This document shows positions 13,161 to 22,598 of a stretch of DNA of 64,000 bases, one piece after another. The DNA is from Ylistrum balloti (taxonomy: Eukaryota): NCBI RefSeq assembly GCF_031769215.1, contig NW_026782366.1, positions 186,001 through 250,000 on the forward strand. Reading direction: 5' to 3'. The notes under the pieces are model-generated. The model had not been told where the DNA came from and searched no databases. It worked only from the letters and a program-made list of their open reading frames with translations. Each line of letters begins with the position of its first letter. The first letter of the stretch is position 1. The translations under genes were made by a program, and so were the position numbers.

Positions 13161-16100
13161 ATGGAGAGATTATTGTATATTTTTGCCACCGGACTAAGCC
13201 TTTCCCTCATTTATGGATTATGTAAGTATGAATTCTCACTTAATCTTGAAATTCCCACACGAAATTATCACATGTCAAAATGTTGTATTTGACGTTGTAA
13301 CAAACTTCTCCAAAATTAAATGTTTCCAATTGGTAATTAGTTTATATTCATATTACCACGTCACACGATATTTCCTAACTTCTTAATGCTGTAATTGGCT
13401 AAGGAAGAATTTCCATGCACTTATTTAGCTAATATACTTCCGGATTACTAAACAGAAAACAAAACTTGATAAATGATAAATATATATATATATATTCATT
13501 CTCTTTTCATTTGTAATGATGTATTCGGCACACAATATCGTCATACACAAATACTTCTTTAGTGTGATTTTTTGTTTAGTTTTAGATAGTTTACTCACAA
13601 AATGTTTCAAGTGGAAAACAATATCTTTTCCGATATGTTAATACTAAAATTGGTGACCAATATAATTTCAATATCTTCATGGTAAAATCGACATAATTTT
13701 ACATGGATTTTTTTCAACTAATGTCGTAAGTATTGTACCTAGTTATAATCGCTTGGATTTTGTAATTAACACAATCAAATGATAACAAGGAAATATGTCT
13801 TAATATTCACAACTTATATATACTGAAAAGATAAAGAAACGCAGGGTAATATTTATTCCGATATTTTGAAAACGCCTTCTCCAAATAAAGTGAAACTTTG
13901 TGGATTGAGTAATTAGGCCATATTTCACCTTGTCATGTACCGAAAATTTAGTCACGGTACAGTGCGCAGCTCTGGTAAATGGAGGAAGGAAAAAACAAGA
14001 ATCTCGTGCACCGTGTTGTTCTGGTCTCATGCAGCGTTGGTCAAGTCACTCTTCGTTAGTCTTTATACAGACCAACTGCTTCCCTAAAATTAATTGAGAA
14101 TTTGATTCGTTTTAAGAATGGCACGACTCACAGAAGTTCAGAGGGGTCAGGCCATTCAGATGCCGATGCAAGGACAGCTTCAAAATCAGGTTGCTAGGCA
14201 CTTTGGTGTTAATGTTTCCGTCATAGAACGTCTTGTAAGACGTCTTCGGGAAACTGGGCGATTGGCCGATCGACCTAGGTCAGGACGTCCGCGCGTAACG
14301 TCACGACGTCAGGATCGCTATATCGTCGTCTCTCATGTGCGTAATCGGCGCCTTACTGCCGTTGAGAGTGCACTTAATGTTAGTGGAAATCATGGGCGTC
14401 CTATAAGTTCAAAAACTGTAAGGAATCGATTACGAGAAGTTGGTGTAGGAGCACGTTGCCCCTACGAAAGTCCACACCTTACCCCTGCTCGACGTCAGCG
14501 TCGTATGGCCTGGGTCGCTGCACATGCTCCACGACGGTTTCCACTGAGGCAGTGGAGACCAGTTTTCTTCACGGACGAGTCTCGATTCTGTCTTTATCGA
14601 TCTGACGGCCGTCAACGTGTCTACCGACGTCGTGGCGAACGTTTTACGGACGCTTGCGTTGTAGAGAGGGATAGGTTTGGGGGCGGTTCAGTAATGGTGT
14701 GGGGAGAAATCTCATGCGGGTTAAAATCACAATTGGTTGTTATTGATGGCAATTTAACAGCAGCTAAGTATAGAGATGAGATCCTCCGACCCCATGGTAT
14801 CCCTTTCTTACAGCAGCATAATCTAATCCTCCAGCAGGATAATGCTAGGCCCCACGTAGCAAGGATTTGCCAAGTCTTTCTGGCCAACAACAACATTCAA
14901 CCACTAGATTGGCCGCCATATAGCCCTGATTTGTTCCCGATCGAGCATCTTTGGGACCAGTTGGATAGACAGGTTCGAAAGCGCCGGCCACCCCCTGCTA
15001 CTCGAGAGCAGTTGACCAGAGCTCTGATTGAAGAGTGGGACAACATCCCCATAAGACGGATTAACGCTCTCATGAACTCTATGACCAGAAGAATAAGGGC
15101 CGTGACCATAGCAAACGGCGGACACACAAGATATTGATGACTCAGTTCAATTTCAATTTCAAAATTCTATGGGTCCATTCAATTTAATCGTTAGTACCTG
15201 TAAACCAATTGTCAGATGCAAAATACAGACTTTGGAAATTTTTAAGCTTTAATTTATCTGTAAGTATACAATATTTCGTTTTAAATGAAGCCCGATATCA
15301 TACTTAATTTCTGGTTTAAAGTTCACCTTGCGTTTCTTTATCCTTTTAGTGTATATACTGGCAGCTTATTAAATTATACTCGTATCATTGGTCTCAAAGC
15401 TAAAAGCTGCAATTAACATAATTTAGCAGCTTTCTGTATTAATAAAAACTAAATATAGATCTGATATGTCCAATTTAAGGCAATGCAGACGAAGCAGCAC
15501 CCAGTGGGGAGACATTCTGGTGTCACGTGTGTTCGTATACGGTAAATGAACAGGCAAATGGCTTCGACTGTCTCAACAATACAGGCGAAATGAACGATCT
15601 ACAAAGCCGCATCAAGTGTGGTAACTACTGTGTCATACAGGAGCAATGGGATAAAGGTATGCCAACAACACGCTCTTTATAGGGACATTGGGACGAAAGT
15701 ACGTTAGGTTTAATCGCAAAGGGTTATATATGGACATTGGGACGAAGGTGCCTTAAGCTTAATCACAAAGGGTCATATAGGGACAATGGGACAAAGGTGC
15801 CTTAGGTTTAATCACAAAGGGTCATATAGGGACAATGGAACAAAGGTGCCTTAGGTTTAATCACAAAAGGCCATATAGGGACATTAGGACACAGATAAAT
15901 TAGGTTTAATCACAAAAGGTCATATAGGGACATTAGGACAAAGATAAATTAGGTTTAATCGCAAAGGGTCACAAAAATTGGTCAGGTATACTAGCTAAGG
16001 GTCATACAGGGATAATGGAACAAAGGTAGGTCATGTATACTAGATATACTGGAACCTGAAGCAAAGGTACACTATGCATACCAGCTAGGGGCCACACAGA

Positions 16101-19100
16101 AAAGACAGGTCACAAATGAATGTCATTTTACCAGCAAGTGGCCTTACAAGGAGAATGGGACAAAGATTAGTCTGGTATACCGGCAATAGATCGGATAGGA
16201 ACTATAGAACAAAGATAGATCACCAAAGGGACTTACAGGGAAAATGGGCAAAACACGGTCAATTATACAAGTGTGCATACACTGGCAAGGTGCAAGGTAG
16301 GTCAGGTTTAACTTGTAGGGATTACAATAGGAACAAATGCTGGAAATTATTATACAGATCAAGAAACAAATGTACTGATGTATACCGTCATACAATGTTA
16401 CAATAATACCAGGTTTTTCCTGTTAGGATTAGTACAGACACAATTCGACGTATATAATCCGAAAATGTAACAAAAAATGTCCAGCTAGGGTTGAAACCGA
16501 TGACAATGAGACAAAGGTTACACGGTATATTTATCATAAAACTGCATTCGTAGTCCGTTTATACGGTTCCACAGTATCTCGTTAATGTTGAATTGTTAAT
16601 TCTTTCTGTGTGGATTAAAAAAAATTATGGTAATTACAATAAGTTTAAACTTCGTCTATTGTGTTGTATTACACATTCAAAATATGTTCATAATAATTGT
16701 TACATCTATTATTTATTACGTCAGATTGCGAGTCCACGTTTAAAATTGAGGAATATGGCCAACACAGCAAAGATGTAGGTGCCTGGTTATTTTAACCGCT
16801 TAACAGGAACCAATGAGTTTTCATCATATTTCATATTCCCTTATTGTAAGGTAGTGTTTCATTATTATCTCAGTATGTCTATCAAACGTGATAAAGCTCG
16901 ACTTGATTTCAACTCCAATGATTCTTGTTATCTATCTTACTCAAGTTTGGAGCCGTCTCTGCCAAACCATATTACATTTTTGTTAGTACGTAATATGACT
17001 TGAGGAATTGTGTATAGCTGAAGGTTCCTATTGCAATTTTATGTGATAAACAGAATCTTATATTCGTTACCTTGTTACGATTGTTTTCATTTTACGTCGA
17101 AAAAGGAAAGATAAGGCGATGAAAGATTTCCCTGAACTGTAATTGTAAATCGACCATTCGAATCTCGCGAGAATTAACTTTTCGGACAAGTCTAGAGAGA
17201 TTCTGCATAGTGGCGGCCATTGTAGATATGCTGGAAAGTCGAGGAAAATGAGTGGAAATATTTGGTTTACATGTAATTGCTTTGACATATATGCAAGTTA
17301 GAAAAAAAATGTTTTATCTTTCCATAAATGTATGATTTATAACTATCGTGCTTTTGTAAACTACATAAAATATTGCCTGAATGCCGACCCCTGCAGGGGT
17401 CGCTAGTATTTGGTGTTTTGATATGGGTAGGAATTCTGATTATCGTCCGCGAGAAAGACAAAAGTAACATCGCTTATAGACAGAACCCTTCGGACTACCT
17501 CTACTTTAGATCAAGCAAATCACGTAACGTAGGAAGCCAACCTTCACAGGTTTTATTATAATCAGAATTTCTTCAACTCCGAGCATGGCTTTCTACTTTA
17601 CAAAACACATGTAATATAAATAAATGATAGATTGACGTCTGCACCTCGTTTACTTCGTATTTGTTATAGACAGGTAATTAGGCTACATATTCTTGAGAAC
17701 ATTTGGGTTTGTTTGTGTAGTCATCGCTCCAAACGATAACTTGTCAAGTTTTCCGGTTTTGTTTCTGCATTAAGCTATACTTTCCATTTTCATTACAAGA
17801 TGTCGCGTTAGTGTATATGTTTTGGGTGACAGCAAATACTTATTCTCTAAATCCAGCAATTAAGCTTGCAGTAAATCCGTTTGAAAGGAAAACAAATTTT
17901 AACTCCCTAATGATACTTTCTTTAATGTCATGAACTGCTGGAGTACATGCCAGTGTTGTCTTGTGTAACTCACCTGCGAGTGGAAGAGCTAGTGTATATG
18001 AGGCGGAAACAGTGCCGCCATCTTTGTCTAATCAAAGCTTGGTCAAATGGGCCGGAAGATATGGGCGTGTGTACCCACAGACAGGGATTATCCAGCTACA
18101 ATCACGTCACGTGGAAAAAAACGTATTAACAGTTATATGTAGAGATATACGTAACACAGAGATCCAAGTTAAACTGTTTATTATGAGTTTTTCCTTTTCA
18201 CCATTTTTTTCTCTAAAATTCGCTGAATTATTCGCCAATATTTCTACAAATCATAATATAGCTTTTCAGTTTCAAAGGTCAAAGGTCATGGTCTCTTGCA
18301 CCATAAATTGAAAATTAGTATTTTTCGCAATAACTTTAGTTCTCTTTGGCCGATCAACCTCAAATTTCATGCAGAGCTTTCTTACCAAAGGGGCTTGCAT
18401 GGGATTGTTTTTCAGGTCAAAATCAAAGGTCAAGATCATTGTAGCTGTGAAATAAAATTGCTTCTTTACCAAGGGGGCTTGTTTGGGATTGCTTTTCAGG
18501 TCGATTGTCCGTGTTCCTGTCGTATTTGAGACAAAATAAATTATGTAAATGGAATAAATACAACAAATATTTATGACTATTGCTCCATAAAACTCATCCC
18601 CAGAAACCTAGCTGGGCAGGCAACACATCCACTTCTGTGGAATTCTTGTTTTAATGTTGAACTAACAAATCCCGTCGTCTTGATATTAAAGTTATTAAGG
18701 TTTTTGTTGACACACGATTTGTTAAACAAACATTGATTTCATCCACAGTATCTTAATGTTCTCATTTATTTCCATTGTGCACCCGGTGATAAAAGTGTGT
18801 AGGTGCCTTACAAGTTTATGTTATTTAACTCATCGTTTACTATTCTCCCTCGCAATAAAGTTGTAACTTCTATGAGAATTACATGACTGGACTGAAACTA
18901 TGAAAATATTTCGTTGTAATCTAGTATTGGGTCTATAACTGAACACAGGGGAGTGTTACCGGGTAACATGTGTCCGAAGATAAAGGTAACAGTTACCAAA
19001 AATTTGTGGTATATGAGACGTGAAGTTGTAAAAATTACACTCTATCCGAGAAAAATAGTGGTAGATTTTGTCTGGAGTATATAGCGGTATCTCAATGACA

Positions 19101-19605
19101 TGCGCTAAAGCATCAACGATAACATCATTAGAGGTTTATTCGTCGTCCTAACAGCTATAGCCACGATGAGAAGGTCTTGCCAATTAAAGGCAAACAGGCA
19201 AAGTAGTTAGAGAGATGGGCAAAGATTAATACAGTAAACATCTTAAATGGTACAACACATTTATAGCGTGTTCGTGTCCTCTAGCTTGACATGTATCGTT
19301 TTAGTTAGTTTATAATGCGTTTTGATTGGCTTTCATCGATACTTGTCTTTGCAGGTAAAAAGGAGATAAATTCTGTGTTCCGATCATGCAGCACCAACTG
19401 GGGTAATCAGTGTTATGATGATAACACGTACATCACGTGCAGAGGTTCATGCAAGGGAGAATATTGTAACAACAGCACTGTGACAGAAAAGAATCGCTTT
19501 GACGATTTGTGTGATGAGTTGTCCTGTGAAAAATCGGGTTCGTTGTCTAATCGCGTCACAATAGTGCCAGGTGTAATATGGCTGCTGATTTTCGTTTATA
19601 TCTAA
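13161..19605 (+). CDS. Ly6/uPAR (three-finger, LU-domain) protein 2, predicted secreted and probably GPI-anchored, 159 aa
   Basis: Exons 13161-13221 (MERLLYIFATGLSLSLIYGL, donor GTAAGT), 15489-15656 (..FWCHVCSYT..FDCLNNT..KCGNYCVIQEQWDK) and 19355-19605 (..RSCSTNWGNQCYDD..TCRGSCKGEYCNN..VPGVIWLLIFVYI). Phase 1-1, total 480 nt, canonical 10-Cys LU pattern plus 2 Cys in the stalk. Confidence 0.87.
13821..15351 (+). mobile_element. Full-length Tc1-family DNA transposon (1531 bp) in intron 1 of LU gene 2
   Basis: 27-bp imperfect TIRs: left TACTGAAAAGATAAAGAAACGCAGGGT, right reverse-complement CACTAAAAGGATAAAGAAACGCAAGGT (4 mismatches). Flanked by TA at 13819-20 and 15352-53. Confidence 0.92.
14118..15137 (+). 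CDS. Tc1 transposase, DD34E, uninterrupted 339-aa ORF
   Basis: N-terminal HTH with GRPR motif; catalytic motifs FTDESRF, QQDNARPH and WPPYSPDLFPIEHLW. I count 34 residues between the second D and the E. Confidence 0.95.
   Translation: MARLTEVQRGQAIQMPMQGQLQNQVARHFGVNVSVIERLVRRLRETGRLADRPRSGRPRVTSRRQDRYIVVSHVRNRRLTAVESALNVSGNHGRPISSKTVRNRLREVGVGARCPYESPHLTPARRQRRMAWVAAHAPRRFPLRQWRPVFFTDESRFCLYRSDGRQRVYRRRGERFTDACVVERDRFGGGSVMVWGEISCGLKSQLVVIDGNLTAAKYRDEILRPHGIPFLQQHNLILQQDNARPHVARICQVFLANNNIQPLDWPPYSPDLFPIEHLWDQLDRQVRKRRPPPATREQLTRALIEEWDNIPIRRINALMNSMTRRIRAVTIANGGHTRY
15678..15971. repeat. 49-bp minisatellite, 6 clear copies, degenerate echoes to about 16520
   Basis: Unit like TATAGGGACAATGGGACAAAGGTGCCTTAGGTTTAATCACAAAGGGTCA starting at 15678, 15727, 15776, 15825, 15874 and 15923. 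It begins 21 bp after the LU2 exon-2 donor. Confidence 0.95.
18270..18510. repeat. Fragment of a mollusc-style interspersed repeat (aaggtcaaaggtca / aataactttag / aaatttcatg motifs)
   Basis: Motif style recalled from non-autonomous bivalve repeats, with an internal duplication of ccaa(a/g)gggg(g)cttg..gggattg..tttcaggtc. Family name not verifiable here. Confidence 0.5.
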
Positions 19606-20659
19606 ATCGTCTGATTCAGACTTATTTGGAACGTTTAATTTGATTACAAGACGCTGTACATTTTAAATTTCACAACAACTACCGATTTGTTTAAGCTTTG
19701 AAAGGTTTACTACAACTTGTGAACTATTTGTATCGCTATTAAGTGTGTACTTGTACTATATCTATTGATTATCTTATTTAATGATCTTCGTTTTAAAATG
19801 TTGGTATTCAATAAAGTCATCAGAAAAGCTTAGTCGTTGTTATGGTTTTATGGTGATTGAAGAACTCAAAGTGAGCGTGACGTAACCGCGCTAAATTTAA
19901 AGACATATGTCTATTGTAACACAGAAATCGTGGACATGAGAAATTGTTCCAATGTGAGTGATCATGGAACTACCCTGATCCATTCTTAAGGTTTTGACGA
20001 GTTCGGTCAATACGGGGTAAAACCTTCTGTGGTGTATGGTCACTCTAACTCTCCCAAAACCTGTCAAAACCTTATAAACAGATCACAGTAATTCTTCTCG
20101 TGTCCCCGTGGTCGCGGACACTTGTCAGTAATGGAGGGAGATTCTGTTGTGAATGAGTTTAATATTCATATCAAATAACGTTAGAGAATCATTACATGAC
20201 GGTAAAGAAATGCGTATAGTATTGTATTATAGAACTAATACGTTTGACAGTGTTTGGCATCGGGATAACTACATAATCTCAAATTGGAGGGGACATCATT
20301 TCCTAGAATCTCATTAAACGGTTTTATCTATCTAATGAATAAAAGGAGAGGAAACAAGGGGTAGTATTGGGGTTGAGGGTAGGATGGGTTAGGGTGGAGT
20401 TGGGGGTGAAAACGTCAGATTTTTAACATCAGGTGTTCCACAATAATTAATATCTGGGCCTCTAATGATATAAATATTGATATCAGTTTTTGCCGTTGGC
20501 ACAAGCTTCTTATCATAGTAAGTGATCAATATGCAGCTAGAATTTTAACAAATAACGATTTAGATACAAGATTTTGTCATACCAAAACCGAGAGTTTACT
20601 CGTAAAACTGTGAAGCCAGCATTAATAGTGATATTATTTCTGATATATCTAGTCAGAAA

Positions 20660-21885
20660 CATTTGCAATTCGGTTTTCATCAATTTTTTTGTGTGAAATT
20701 CACAAAAATCATTCTTTAGAGTCTGCTGTGATACATCTCTATGTAATGAGGAAATGTATATTCAACCTTGGTAGAAACTCTTTACATTAGTATGCATTTA
20801 TCAGCCATGTCCTAGAATACACAGACATAACTTGGGATAATATTCCCAACTATCTAAGTAATAAAATAGGAAGTCGTGATACATATATTTAGAATCGGCA
20901 AGAATCGTTATAGGGGTCATTGATTAGTTAGTAATGCACTGTTACATAGAGAAAATTAGCAGAACTCTTCACAAAATTGTAAACAACAATTCTCCTTCAT
21001 GTTTAACTGGTTTAGTATACCTTCCGAGAACCACATCGTATTCAATACCTGAAAATCTTTGTAACCTTCATCAATCCTCACACAGCACAAATATAAACCA
21101 GGAATCTTTGTTACCTTCATCAATCCTCAAACAGCACATATCTAAACCAGTAATCTTTGTTACCTTCATCAATCCTCAAACAGCACATATCTAAACCAGT
21201 AATCTTTGTAACCTTCACCAATCCTCAAACAGCACATATCTAAACCAGTAATCTTTGTAACCTTCATCAATCCTCAAACAGCACATATCTAAACCAGTAA
21301 TCTTTGTTACCTTCATCAATCCTCAAACAGCACATATCTAAACCAGTAATCTTTGTTACCTTCATCAATCCTCAAACAGCACAATTCTAAACCGGGAATC
21401 TTTGTTACCTTTATCAATCCTCAAACTAAACCAGTAATCTTTGTAACCTTCATCAATCCTCAAACAGCACATATCTAAACCGGGAATCTTTGTTACCTTA
21501 ATTCGACTCCCAAATAATCTACCATCGGATTTAAATTACCATTCATCAGTTAAGATATGATAAGAAAATATCCGAAAAGCTCCAGGCTGTCGTTATGCTG
21601 GCTATCGCAAATCACAAACCCTATTCTTAATTCATACCGAATGACAGATCTCTGAACCAACACTAAAGTAATTAAGACTGGTTTTACTAGAGAAGACAAT
21701 TGTCTTTTTTATTAACTTGTAAGGAATGTCCCAAGTAGAGATCAATTTATTTCTCATAATTGACCAAACAATGTATTATGCTGACCCTCTTTTGTGATGT
21801 CATACAAGTCTGAATGTTACGGAAAACAACACATCTTTGTTGCAGTTCAAAGCTTTATTATTAACAGTAAACGGCTTTAATAATA
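20660..21885 (+). mobile_element. Degenerate 3' portion of a CR1/L2-like LINE
   Basis: Frames read YAFISHVLEYTDITWDNIPNYLSNKI, KIVNNNSPSCL, SLLPSSI and a final IFVAVQSFIINSKRF* followed by a short (TAA)n tail, typical of the post-RT region of these LINEs. Confidence 0.8.
21054..21499. repeat. 49-bp minisatellite inside the LINE remnant, 9 copies plus a partial
   Basis: Unit AATCTTTGTTACCTTCATCAATCCTCAAACAGCACATATCTAAACCAGT at 21054, 21103, 21152, 21201, 21250, 21299, 21348, 21397 (10-bp deletion), 21436 and 21485 (partial). Confidence 0.95.
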
Positions 21886-22526
21886 ATGTATATATTTTTT
21901 CAAGCGCTGCTGAGGTTATGGTATACCTATTGTTCGTCCAAAATGATTAATGATATTTCTACTATTCTATATTATTCACTGATATCTTCTACTCGTCAAT
22001 AGTTTGTGTAAGTAAAGCGCGAAATTAATATAAGCTTTTAATTTAGCTTGTTTTCCATTTTACTGATGATGCTAATTTTAGATTTCAGAATAACAAATGT
22101 GAAGTTGACATGAGAATATCATTTAAGGGACGGATTTAAAAAAAAAAATTAGAGTCAGCATTGTATGGTGGACCCCATGTAAAACAACATGGAAACTACG
22201 GATACCTTTTCACTGTAGTAATGCGGGTCAAAGGGGAAATGTAGAGCATACAAAAATATGACAGAAATGTCAGAGTTTGTGTGTAAGGGGAGATAACGCC
22301 TATTCCCCCATATGCTTAATCTTACTATTCATTTGTCTTTGCTAAAAAAACATCTATCATACAAACAAATCAGTCTTGACACACAGACTAACATATTATG
22401 TCTTTGATACAGAACTGTTGATTTTTCGTACAAAACATTACACATCATTAATCTAGAGCATTCAATATTTTCAAATTCTGTATCATAATGTTTATAAACA
22501 TTATATGTCCTCTCCGGACGTTATGT

Positions 22527-22598
22527 GGGGATGTAGCTCAGTGGTAGAGCGTTCGCTTCGCATGTGAAAGGCCCGGGGTTCAATCCCCCGCATCTCCA
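22527..22598 (+). tRNA. tRNA-Ala (anticodon CGC)
   Basis: GGGGATGTAGCTCAGTGGTAGAGCGTTCGCTTCGCATGTGAAAGGCCCGGGGTTCAATCCCCCGCATCTCCA: 72 nt, acceptor stem, A/B boxes, anticodon stem TTCGC/GTGAA with loop TT-CGC-AT. A T-run Pol III terminator follows immediately. Confidence 0.96.

Noticed and set aside
14430-15127. Several minus-strand ORFs
   Set aside because: Antisense to the GC-rich transposase ORF, with no independent features.
17373-17561. Short ORF with a hydrophobic segment, as a third LU signal exon or micropeptide
   Set aside because: It lacks an ATG start (the ORF begins at TTG), has no matching phase-1 donor after the hydrophobic stretch, and no Cys-rich exon follows.
15678-21499. 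The two 49-bp arrays as CRISPR arrays, or as one related family
   Set aside because: They are head-to-tail repeats with no unique spacers, no cas genes, and a eukaryotic context. The units share only a short AT-rich core (ACAAAGAT..GGTTTA) in opposite orientation, so the equal period is probably coincidence.
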